The position numbers were made by a program, and so were the translations under genes. DNA of 51,952 bases from positions 1 to 51,952 of the forward strand of contig JAYEKM010000003.1 in NCBI GenBank assembly GCA_034661035.1, given 5' to 3'. The notes beneath the pieces are model-generated. The model worked only from the letters and a program-made list of their open reading frames with translations, ran no database searches and had not been told where the DNA came from. The DNA is from Patescibacteria group bacterium (GTDB taxonomy: Bacteria > Patescibacteriota > Minisyncoccia > Phycocordibacterales > UBA12079). Shown piece by piece: positions 37,628 to 46,029 of the stretch (positions are counted from its first letter, which is position 1; each line of letters opens with the position of its first letter).

Positions 37628-37692
37628 CTTCATTTTTTAAAAAATGAAGTTAAAATTTGACAGAAAAATCAGATTTTAATTAACGGGATAAA
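37615..37692. repeat. CCCCATTAAATA ... AATTAACGGGA-TAAA element overlapping the tyrS stop
   Basis: Degenerate family termini with an internal hairpin AACTTCATTTT-TTAA-AAAATGAAGTT. Confidence 0.55.
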
Positions 37693-37889
37693 GTAGAAAA
37701 TAGTGAAGGTATGTCGATAGGTGATATTAAAGATATGTTTAAGTCCTTCACAAAGTTCTGGCTTCTTTCTCCAGAGGCGATTATTGATACCTGTCAGGGG
37801 AAGAGAGAAAGTCAGGAAGATTATGACGAATCAGCCACAACCAGTTTAAGTATTCATCGTCACTATTACAAAAAATAATAAAATAATTT

Positions 37890-38879
37890 ATGAGAGATTC
37901 ACAAAATAAAAAGATACTTTTATCTGGATTAAAGCCAACTGGTCGTCCACATATTGGGAATTATTTTGGAATGATGAAACAAATGGTTGATATGCAGGAC
38001 GAATATGAAAGTTTTCCTTTTATTCCTGATTATCATGCTTTGACCTCTGTTCAATCAGCTGAAGATATGCAGAATGACATTATTAATGTGGTAATAGATT
38101 TTCTAGCGATTGGTTTGGATCCTGAAAAAGTTAATTTGTTTAAACAATCTGATGTTCCTCAAGTGACAGAGTTAATGTGGATTTTTAATTGCATCACAAC
38201 AATGCCTTATTTGATGAGAGCTCACGCCTTCAAAGATGCTGAGGCCAAGAACAAAGATATCAATGTGGGGGTTTTTAGCTATCCTATTTTGATGGCAGCG
38301 GATATTTTAATTCAAGATACTGATGTAGTACCTGTTGGGAAAGACCAACGACAACATGTAGAAATGGCAAGAGATATTGCAGAAAAGTTTAACCGTATTT
38401 TTGGTGAGACATTTAAATTACCTCAATCTAAAATTTTGGAAAATGTAGAAGTTATTCCTGGAACTGACGGACAAAAGATGAGTAAAAGTTATGGTAATAT
38501 AATTAGTTTATTTGCCGAAGATGATGAAATAGAAAAAGCAGTTATGGGAATTCCCACAGACTCTAAAGGTGTGGAGGAGTCAAAAAATCCAGAAGAATGT
38601 AATATTTTTGCTTTACATAAATTATTTAGTTCAGAAGATGAAATAGGAGAGATAAGAAAAAGATATGTCGAAGGTGGCTTAGGTTATAAAGAATCAAAAG
38701 ACATTTTAGTCAAGAATATTAAAAATTTTATTACTCCACTGAGAGAAAAGAGAAAAGAATTTGCTGATAATAAAGAATTAGTTTTGAAAATTTTAAAGAA
38801 GGGTGGGGAAGTTGCTAGCCAAAGGGCTGAAGAAAAAATGGAAGATGTTCGTAAGAAAATTGGTGTAGAGTTAAGTTAG
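37890..38879 (+). CDS. trpS: Tryptophan--tRNA ligase
   Basis: SGLKPTG..HIGNY, YPILMAADIL, VPVGKDQ.QH and KMSKS motifs. Confidence 0.97.
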   Translation: MRDSQNKKILLSGLKPTGRPHIGNYFGMMKQMVDMQDEYESFPFIPDYHALTSVQSAEDMQNDIINVVIDFLAIGLDPEKVNLFKQSDVPQVTELMWIFNCITTMPYLMRAHAFKDAEAKNKDINVGVFSYPILMAADILIQDTDVVPVGKDQRQHVEMARDIAEKFNRIFGETFKLPQSKILENVEVIPGTDGQKMSKSYGNIISLFAEDDEIEKAVMGIPTDSKGVEESKNPEECNIFALHKLFSSEDEIGEIRKRYVEGGLGYKESKDILVKNIKNFITPLREKRKEFADNKELVLKILKKGGEVASQRAEEKMEDVRKKIGVELS

Positions 38880-38909
38880 TTGACTTTAAGTTTACCTTAA
38901 GATAAACTT
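38880..38909 (+). promoter_or_regulatory. TA promoter with overlapping operator palindrome
   Basis: TTGACT-17 bp-TAAACT. Inverted repeat AAGTTTACC-TTAA-GATAAACTT. Confidence 0.7.
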
Positions 38910-38912
38910 TAA

Positions 38913-39167
38913 ATGATGAAAATTTTAAATAAAAAGCAAATTATTGGGGTTAAAGAATTAAGAAACAATCTTGATAATTATATCTCTCTCGTTGATAAAG
39001 GAGAATCTTTTACTGTGGTGAAAAGGTCTCGTCCAGTTTTTAGAATAACTCCTGTTGATGAAGAAGACCAATGGGAAACTATCGTTGATTTTACTAAAAT
39101 TAAAAAAGGAGGGGTTGATATAAAAGAAGTTATTGATTCTTTGGTTCGTTTAGAAAAAAATGCATAA
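38913..39167 (+). CDS. Phd/YefM-family antitoxin
   Basis: IGVKELR.NL..YI..V..GE.F.V.KRS.PVF.I.P. Confidence 0.85.
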   Translation: MMKILNKKQIIGVKELRNNLDNYISLVDKGESFTVVKRSRPVFRITPVDEEDQWETIVDFTKIKKGGVDIKEVIDSLVRLEKNA

Positions 39168-39399
39168 AATTGACAAATTTTTATCTAAATTAGGTAAAAA
39201 ACGGAGGAAACAAATTTTATCAGTTTTAAAAAAAATTGAAATAGGAGAGTTAAATGACCTAGATTTAAGAAAACTTAAAGGTTTTGAAAATCTTTTTAGA
39301 GTGAGAAAAAGTGAAATTAGAATAATATACCAAAAAATAGGAAGAAAAATTGAGATATTGATTATAGATAAGAAAAAAGATGATACTTATAAATTATAA
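39160..39399 (+). CDS. RelE/ParE-family toxin
   Basis: KLKG..NLFRVR...IRIIY. Overlaps the antitoxin stop. Confidence 0.85.
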   Translation: MHKIDKFLSKLGKKRRKQILSVLKKIEIGELNDLDLRKLKGFENLFRVRKSEIRIIYQKIGRKIEILIIDKKKDDTYKL

Positions 39400-39410
39400 A
39401 AATTAATTGT

Positions 39411-40829
39411 ATGCGAACATATATAAAAGATTTAAAAGACAAAATGGATGGAGAAGTTCAAATTTCTGGGTGGGTGAATATCAGGCGTGATCACGGTAAA
39501 TTAATTTTCATAGATTTTCGTGATAGAACAGGTTTGGTCCAGATGGTGGTTTTACCAAATCACAAAGAAGCTCATGAATTGGCCGGTCAGGTTCGTCCAG
39601 AATGGGTACTTGAAGTTAAAGGCAAGGTCAACAAAAGACCAGATAATATGGTGAAAGAGGATGAACTTAACGGAGACCTTGAAATTGAGGTTTTAGAGAT
39701 AAATGTATTAAATGAAGCTAAGACTCCACCTTTTGACGTTCTGACTGATGGGAAGGAAATTGGGGAAGAAAATCGTCTAAAATATCGTTATTTAGACCTA
39801 AGAAGACCCCGTTTAACGAATAATATAAGGACAAGGGGAAAAATTGTCAAATTTCTCAGAGATGAATTAGAAAAGTTGGATTTTACGGAAATAGAGACTT
39901 CAATTTTATCTAAATCAAGTCCGGAAGGGGCGAGAGATTTTGTAGTGCCTTCTAGAGTAGATAACGGAAAATTCTATGCCTTACCACAGGCTCCTCAACA
40001 ATATAAACAGCTTTTGATGATGGCTGGTTTTGAGAGGTATTTTCAAGTAGCTAAATGTTTTAGAGATGAAGACACTCGTAGTGATAGACAGCCTGAGTTT
40101 ACTCAGATTGATATGGAAATGAGCTTTGTTAAAAAAGAAGAAGTGATGGCCCTTAATGAGAAATTACTTATTGATTTAGTAGAAAAACATTTTCCAGAGA
40201 AAACCATTCAAGAGAAACCATTTCCAATTATTTCTTACAAGGAAGCAACGGAAAAATATGGAACAGATAGACCTGATTTAAGAAAAGATAAAGAAGATCC
40301 GAATTTGTTAGCTTTTTGTTGGGTGGTTGATTTCCCTTTCTTTGAGAAAGTTAGTGATTCTGATAACCCACAAGCTCAAGGTGAGTGGACATTTACGCAT
40401 AACCCTTTTTCTGCTCCACAAGATGAATGGATGGATAGTTTGATGGATAAAAAGGAAATTGGAAACATTATAGCTACTCAGTATGACATTGCTTTAAATG
40501 GTTTTGAGATTGGTGGTGGAAGTATTAGAAATTATAAATCAGATAGATTGAGAAAGGTTTTAGAAATCATAGGTTATTCAGAAGATCAAATAGAAAAAGA
40601 TTTTGGTTATTTTATAGAAGCTATGGATTATGGAACACCTCCTCATGGAGGGATTGCTTGGGGATTAGATCGGTTAGTTACAATCTTATTAAATGAATCT
40701 TCAATCCGTGAGGTTATTCCTTTTGCCAAGACAGGTGAGGGAAGAGATTTGATGATGGATTCTCCTGCTAAGATTGGAGGAGAACAACTAAAAGAATTAG
40801 GTATTAATATTTCTAAAAAAGGTAAATAG
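39411..40829 (+). CDS. aspS: Aspartate--tRNA ligase (bacterial type lacking the GAD insertion)
   Basis: RDHG, RLKYRYLDLR, PEGARDF, FRDED.R.DRQPEFTQ and PPHGG motifs. Confidence 0.96.
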   Translation: MRTYIKDLKDKMDGEVQISGWVNIRRDHGKLIFIDFRDRTGLVQMVVLPNHKEAHELAGQVRPEWVLEVKGKVNKRPDNMVKEDELNGDLEIEVLEINVLNEAKTPPFDVLTDGKEIGEENRLKYRYLDLRRPRLTNNIRTRGKIVKFLRDELEKLDFTEIETSILSKSSPEGARDFVVPSRVDNGKFYALPQAPQQYKQLLMMAGFERYFQVAKCFRDEDTRSDRQPEFTQIDMEMSFVKKEEVMALNEKLLIDLVEKHFPEKTIQEKPFPIISYKEATEKYGTDRPDLRKDKEDPNLLAFCWVVDFPFFEKVSDSDNPQAQGEWTFTHNPFSAPQDEWMDSLMDKKEIGNIIATQYDIALNGFEIGGGSIRNYKSDRLRKVLEIIGYSEDQIEKDFGYFIEAMDYGTPPHGGIAWGLDRLVTILLNESSIREVIPFAKTGEGRDLMMDSPAKIGGEQLKELGINISKKGK

Positions 40830-40916
40830 ACTCTTTATTTACTGACTATATTATGATAATCTAGTTACAGGTAGTTTGTTATTTAAATTTTAATCTAGAG
40901 AGCAAGGGAGGAAACG

Positions 40917-41240
40917 ATGACAATCCATAAAGGCGCTTGTATTATTTTTGTTAAACTAACTTTAATGGTTCTTTTGGGTTTTTTGTGGATTTTTTGGCTT
41001 TTCTCGGAGGCTATAATGGAAAAAAGTGAATATTTATTGATTGGAGTTTACTTGTGCGTTTTAGGATTTGCCGTACCACTAACTGTTGTAATAGTTGATT
41101 TTGTGGTTTATGAAGCGACTTTCATAGACTCTTTTTTAGCAGGTTCTGTAATTTATTTAGTAATTGGATTATTTTCTAATTTTTATATAAAAAAACAGTA
41201 TGGGAAGGGATTCCTTCCCGTTAATATTAGTGATAGTTAA
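40917..41240 (+). CDS. Hypothetical membrane protein
   Basis: GGGAGG SD and three hydrophobic segments. Confidence 0.65.
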   Translation: MTIHKGACIIFVKLTLMVLLGFLWIFWLFSEAIMEKSEYLLIGVYLCVLGFAVPLTVVIVDFVVYEATFIDSFLAGSVIYLVIGLFSNFYIKKQYGKGFLPVNISDS

Positions 41241-41262
41241 ATTCTTTAAAGGGAGAAGTGAG

Positions 41263-41451
41263 ATGAGAGATTTTCTGTATCGTGGAGGTATGTTGATTAG
41301 CGTGGTGATTACTACTTGTCTTATTTTAGGGTATTATCTGGTTTGTCTCGCTTGGAATAAAATTTCCTATTGGGTTCTTACTTTTGTTAAAGTTTTTTGG
41401 TTTAATTTTTGTTGGTCTAGAACAAAAAGTTATTTTTTCTTAAAAACTTGA
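41263..41451 (+). CDS. Small hypothetical membrane protein
   Basis: GGGAG SD before the ATG at 41263. Hydrophobic. Confidence 0.45.
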   Translation: MRDFLYRGGMLISVVITTCLILGYYLVCLAWNKISYWVLTFVKVFWFNFCWSRTKSYFFLKT

Positions 41452-41467
41452 TCTAGAAATTTTGCAA

Positions 41468-41499
41468 AAGGGCACGTCTCTGACGTGTCCTTGTTTTTT
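41468..41499. terminator. Terminator between convergent genes
   Basis: AAGGGCACGTC-TCT-GACGTGTCCTT with an A-run before and a T-run after. Confidence 0.7.
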
Positions 41500-42658
41500 A
41501 TTTAGTATCTTTAATAGTTAGTCCGTATCTTAATCCAAAAAGAATGGTTATTCCTAAAACAATAAAAATAAGGTTGAAGCTTATGAAATATAATATAATA
41601 AAAGCGGCTAAAGGAGCTAAAGAATAGGCTAGAGGGCTGGTAATTCTAAAAAAACTAATGATATCAGCTTCCTTAGCATCAACATGTTTAAAGAAATAAC
41701 TTTCAGAGGCTATTTCTATAGCGCTAGCCCCTGCTCGTGTCATAAATAAAATTATTGCCCAAACCCAGAAAGTAGAAGTACTCAAAAAAGATAACATTAT
41801 GGTTGATAAAGCCATAATTATTATTCCTGTATTTAATATTTCCTTTTCCCCGTATTTTTTATCAGCTAAATTACCTAGTGGTAGTTCAAATAAAATGAAA
41901 GGAAGAAGCATTATTGTAAAAATAATACCAATTGTTTGCCAATCAAAACCTATATATTTATGTAAATAAAGTGGAGTATAAATGACCATCCAAGCATAGA
42001 AAAAATTCAATAAAAATCTAACCATAAATATTTTATAGACATTCTTTCTTTCTTTAATTTTTTTAAATGTTCTTAAGAAAGGGGGTGTTTTATATGACGG
42101 ATCTTTAAATTTTCTAACTCCTCCTAACATCAGTAAGAAAACAAAAGGGACAGAAAGGAAAGAAGCTGTTAGATAAATTTTCCAATAATCTCCGTTTGTT
42201 AACAACAAGCTAGCTATTAATGGTGATATTACCCAAGCGACATTTATTATAGATAGATGTATCCCTCTAATATTTCCAGTATGTTCATCATCGGACTGTT
42301 GTTCTAGAAATATATCTAGATTGAAAAAAATAATTGAGCTTAGGATCAGATAGATGATAAATGATGACAAGACAAAATGTAAACTATGAGAAAAAGTTAA
42401 AATCAATAAAGCTATTCCACTAAGGAGAGAAATAAAAAGAGTTGCCGTAAAATTGCCAATTTTCTTGAGGAATATTGGAATCAATAACAAACCCGCTACA
42501 GTTAAAATCGAAGCAATTGTATATAACAACCCTGTTAATTTTTCAGATGAAAGATATTGTTCAATAAAACTTGAGTTAATATAAGCAGGAATAGCCGCCT
42601 GTAAAGCAATAATGAAACTTAAAATGTATAGAACAGGGCGTAGTTTGTCTTTTCTCAT
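41498..42658 (-). CDS. MFS transporter
   Basis: About 12 TM segments and G.LADKKYGEK (motif A). Confidence 0.88.
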   Translation of the reverse strand: MRKDKLRPVLYILSFIIALQAAIPAYINSSFIEQYLSSEKLTGLLYTIASILTVAGLLLIPIFLKKIGNFTATLFISLLSGIALLILTFSHSLHFVLSSFIIYLILSSIIFFNLDIFLEQQSDDEHTGNIRGIHLSIINVAWVISPLIASLLLTNGDYWKIYLTASFLSVPFVFLLMLGGVRKFKDPSYKTPPFLRTFKKIKERKNVYKIFMVRFLLNFFYAWMVIYTPLYLHKYIGFDWQTIGIIFTIMLLPFILFELPLGNLADKKYGEKEILNTGIIIMALSTIMLSFLSTSTFWVWAIILFMTRAGASAIEIASESYFFKHVDAKEADIISFFRITSPLAYSLAPLAAFIILYFISFNLIFIVLGITILFGLRYGLTIKDTK

Positions 42659-42760
42659 GGTTCTAATTATAACATAATTAAAATTAAATTAAGTTCTGGT
42701 TACTTTTTGATGGGATCATTGCCAGACTAATGGTTATTAATAATCGATTGTCTTAGCTTT

Positions 42761-42900
42761 GTACACAAACTCAGCGACCGTTGAGTTTGTGTACGATTTA
42801 CAATTTATGTACAGTGCAGAAGTTTATGTACAACCACTTGGACGTCCAAGTGTGGAGGTTCAACCTCTATAAGTTCTCTAAAATTGGAAGGTTCAATCTT
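42761..42900. repeat. Cluster of mixed palindromes
   Basis: GTACACAAACTCA-GCGACCGT-TGAGTTTGTGTAC (42761-42794), CACTTGGACGTCCAAGTG (42835-42852), GAGGTTCAACCTC (42855-42867) and AAGGTTCAATCTT (42888-42900). Confidence 0.8.
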
Positions 42901-43139
42901 TGGAAACAACCTGTCAGCTATGCGATAACCAATAAATCTGGAAACAATTTTTGGCTATCAGATATCTGTAAATATATCTATATAATTTATCTCCAATATT
43001 TATGATAGACATAGACTAATTGATGATATTATCACTTTTAGACCACAGAGAAGTGATGTGTTGTCATATGATAGACATACATATAGATAAAAATAAAAAT
43101 CCTAGAGGAATTAAGTAAAAGAATTGAAGTATTAGAAAA

Positions 43140-43301
43140 ATCGTTAAGTCCTTAGGATAGCAGGTATAACAACAGGTCTCTTATTAGTGCTTTGGAAGAG
43201 ATAGCGCTCAACATTGTCAGTAACTTCTTTTTTTATGGTGTCAAAATCAATCGGTTTTGCACCTTTAACCATTTTTTTCTATAGTTTGTTTAGTGACATA
43301 A
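43140..43301 (-). pseudogene. Degenerate duplicate of the 3' end of rnj
   Basis: Manual alignment to 44027-44187 shows about 12 substitutions and one 1-bp insertion over ~161 bp. Confidence 0.92.
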
Positions 43302-43339
43302 GGAAGAAAAAAGATCAGGAGTTTTATTAGTTGCAAAAT

Positions 43340-43364
43340 ATAATATAATATAATATTATATTAT
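43340..43364. promoter_or_regulatory. Candidate TA operator
   Basis: ATAATATAAT-ATATA-ATTATATTAT inverted repeat upstream of the antitoxin (low complexity). Confidence 0.4.
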
Positions 43365-43393
43365 CATATATTAAAATTTAATTAAATAATATT

Positions 43394-43618
43394 ATGACTA
43401 CCTTATCTGTTCCCCTAACTCCTAAATTGGAGAATATAGTTAACTCTTTTGTAAAAGAAGGGTATGCTCCTAATAAAGCAGAAGTTATGCGAAAAGCCTT
43501 GATCCGCTTATCAGAGGAAGAAGCGATAAAGGATCTTTTAGAGGCAGAACAAGAGGTTAGAGATGGGAAAATTCTTCGTGGAGATTTAGATGAACTAACT
43601 AAAAAAATATGCAAATAA
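43394..43618 (+). CDS. Ribbon-helix-helix antitoxin (ParD/CopG-like)
   Basis: TLSVPL...V..GY..NKAEVMRKAL. Confidence 0.8.
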   Translation: MTTLSVPLTPKLENIVNSFVKEGYAPNKAEVMRKALIRLSEEEAIKDLLEAEQEVRDGKILRGDLDELTKKICK

Positions 43619-43866
43619 ATTATACTGTTAGATTCGTAAAACAATATAATAAATTTGATTTTGAACTTAAAAAAGAAATAAAAGAAAAGATAGAATTTTT
43701 TAAAGATTTTAAAAATCACAAATCTTTAAAAGTTCATAAATTACATGGGGCACAAAAAGATAGGTATGGTTTTTCAGTCAATTACAAAATAAGAGTTGTT
43801 TTTAGATATTTGTCTAAACAGGAAGTAGTTTTTTTGGTAATTGGAGATCACGACATTTATAAATAA
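43609..43866 (+). CDS. RelE/StbE/YafQ-family toxin
   Basis: YT.RF.KQY, SLKVHKL.G, FSVN..IRVVF and IGDHDIY motifs. Confidence 0.88.
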   Translation: MQINYTVRFVKQYNKFDFELKKEIKEKIEFFKDFKNHKSLKVHKLHGAQKDRYGFSVNYKIRVVFRYLSKQEVVFLVIGDHDIYK

Positions 43867-43911
43867 TTGCGGAAATGGGTTTCGTCATCTTTTTATAAAA
43901 ATTTAACAGAT

Positions 43912-43960
43912 AAAAAAGTAAAAAACTTGAGTATTCTATTCTCAAGTTTTTTACCTTTTT
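43912..43960. terminator. Bidirectional terminator between the TA pair and rnj
   Basis: GTAAAAAACTTGAG/CTCAAGTTTTTTAC stem with A/T runs on both sides. Confidence 0.75.
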
Positions 43961-44030
43961 ATTCATCGCCCTATTTTAATTTTATTAGTGATGCCTTCTC
44001 GTCCAATGAGTTGTTAGATATGGAGGATCG

Positions 44031-45890
44031 TTAAGCCCTTAGGATAACAGGTATAACAACAGGTCTCTTATTAGTGCTTTGGAAGAGATAGCGACCGACA
44101 TTATCAGTGACTTCTTTTTTTATAATGTCAAAATCAATCGGTTTTGCACCTTTAGCCATTTTTTCTATAGTTTGTTTAGTGATGTAACGAGCTTGTTTTA
44201 GTAAGTCTTGAGATTCCCTTAAATAAATAAATCCACGGGAAATTATATCTGGTGACTTTTTTAATTTTCCTTTTCCTAAATCAACCATGGCAATTACGAC
44301 AAAGATCCCGTCTTGAGCAAGAGTTTGCCTGTCCCTGATAACCACTTCTTGGATATTACCAATTGAAAAGCCGTCCACCATAGCTATACCAGATGGAGCT
44401 TTTTCTTTTAGAATAGTTATCTTCTTACCCGTGTTTTGGATTTCTATAATTGACCCATCGTCTGGAATTACGATATTTTCTGACGGGAATCCAAGAGATT
44501 TAACAATTTCGGCATGAACTTTGAGCATAGAGTGATGTCCATAGGAAGGCATAAAAAATTTAGCTCCAACCTTTTGATTGATCCACGCTAACTCTTGAGC
44601 ATTTCCGTGACCAGTTGAGTGCACATCGGAAGTTCTATAATGAATAACTTTTAGATTATGTCTATAAAGGTTGTCTTCTAATCTTCTGACAGAAATTTCA
44701 TTTCCTGGGATAACAGATGAAGATAAAACAACAGTGTCTCTTTCATTTAGAAAAATATGCTTATGTTGTTTAATTGCCATACGCATAAGAGCTGCAAATT
44801 CTTCACCTTGGGATCCTGTGGCAAGAACAACAATTCTATCGGGCGGGTAGTTTTCTATTTCTTTAGCGGAGATTACAGTTCCTTTTTTAGGCTCAAATAA
44901 TTTAATTATTTTAGCAATCTCTATGTTTACTTTTATACTTCTTCCTTCGGTTACTATTTTCTTTCCATATTTTTCAGCGATTTGGATGATTTTTATCATT
45001 CTTTCAAATTGGGAAGCAAAGGTTCCTATAATTAAACGACCTTTAGTGTTTTTTATAATTTGTTCGATATTATCATAAACAACTTTTTCTGGCATTGAGA
45101 AACCTGGCTTCTCTACATTAGTAGAATCAGCAATTAAGAGCAAATTATTATCTTTGCTAAGTTCCTCCCATGTTTTAGCTTCTTTTTCAGAAGGAATTCC
45201 ATCATCATGTTCTAATTTTATATCACCAGTGACAATTATATTACCGTGAGGTGTTTCTATGGATGTTCCTAGGGCTCCTGGAATAGAGTGGGTAACAGGA
45301 AAAAATTTAACCTTTAATTCTCCTATCTTCATTTTTTCTCCGGGTTCTACATTTTTAAAATTGAGGGGTGGGTGAGTAGGGAAGTCTTCCATCTTTTTTT
45401 GAATCATAATTGAAGTTAATTCACTAGAATAGATAGTTGGGTTTCCGATTTTTTCTATTATATAGGGAATTCCTCCAATGTGGTCTAGGTGACCATGGGT
45501 AACTATTAATCCTTTTATTTTACCTTTCCTCTCTTCTAGATATTTAGTATTAGGGATGATGTAGTCCACCCCAGGAGCTTCTTCTTCGGAGGTGAATTGA
45601 ACACCTGCATCAAAGACTAGAATATTATCCTTATATTCTATTAACGTCATATTTTTACCAACTTCTTCAACTCCACCTAGGGGAATAATTCTTATATTTT
45701 CAGAAGATAAATCAGGGAGTTTCTTGTCAGGCTGAATTCTCTTAATAGGTTTCTTTCTTTGAAAAGGCTTAGGTTTTATGTGGGATGTATTTTTTGAACC
45801 CCTGGTTGATATAGGGGTGATTTTCCTTTTTGTTTTAAGTGGTTTATTTCTAGCAGGACTAGTTTTTTTTGTCGTTGTTTGTTTAGTCAT
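44031..45890 (-). CDS. rnj: Ribonuclease J
   Basis: PLGGVEEVGKNM, THGHLDHIGG, HSIP, DSTN, TGSQGE, HSTGHG and RPVVIPVI motifs. Confidence 0.97.
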   Translation of the reverse strand: MTKQTTTKKTSPARNKPLKTKRKITPISTRGSKNTSHIKPKPFQRKKPIKRIQPDKKLPDLSSENIRIIPLGGVEEVGKNMTLIEYKDNILVFDAGVQFTSEEEAPGVDYIIPNTKYLEERKGKIKGLIVTHGHLDHIGGIPYIIEKIGNPTIYSSELTSIMIQKKMEDFPTHPPLNFKNVEPGEKMKIGELKVKFFPVTHSIPGALGTSIETPHGNIIVTGDIKLEHDDGIPSEKEAKTWEELSKDNNLLLIADSTNVEKPGFSMPEKVVYDNIEQIIKNTKGRLIIGTFASQFERMIKIIQIAEKYGKKIVTEGRSIKVNIEIAKIIKLFEPKKGTVISAKEIENYPPDRIVVLATGSQGEEFAALMRMAIKQHKHIFLNERDTVVLSSSVIPGNEISVRRLEDNLYRHNLKVIHYRTSDVHSTGHGNAQELAWINQKVGAKFFMPSYGHHSMLKVHAEIVKSLGFPSENIVIPDDGSIIEIQNTGKKITILKEKAPSGIAMVDGFSIGNIQEVVIRDRQTLAQDGIFVVIAMVDLGKGKLKKSPDIISRGFIYLRESQDLLKQARYITKQTIEKMAKGAKPIDFDIIKKEVTDNVGRYLFQSTNKRPVVIPVILRA

Positions 45891-46029
45891 ATAATTTAAA
45901 GTGGTGAATTATAAAAACGTTTTTTATAATAATATGTTTTTACAATCCTAACGAGAGAGCTATAGATTCATTTTATACCTCTGTTGTTTTTATAGAGTTT
46001 TGATAATTAATAATATTTTAAAAATGAGT

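Noticed and set aside
42781-43005. 74-aa ORF
   Set aside because: It runs through the palindrome cluster, has a TTG start without SD, and shows no recognisable motif.
43140-44187. DGR template/variable repeat pair
   Set aside because: Differences are not confined to adenines of one copy, they include an indel, and there is no reverse transcriptase in the window.
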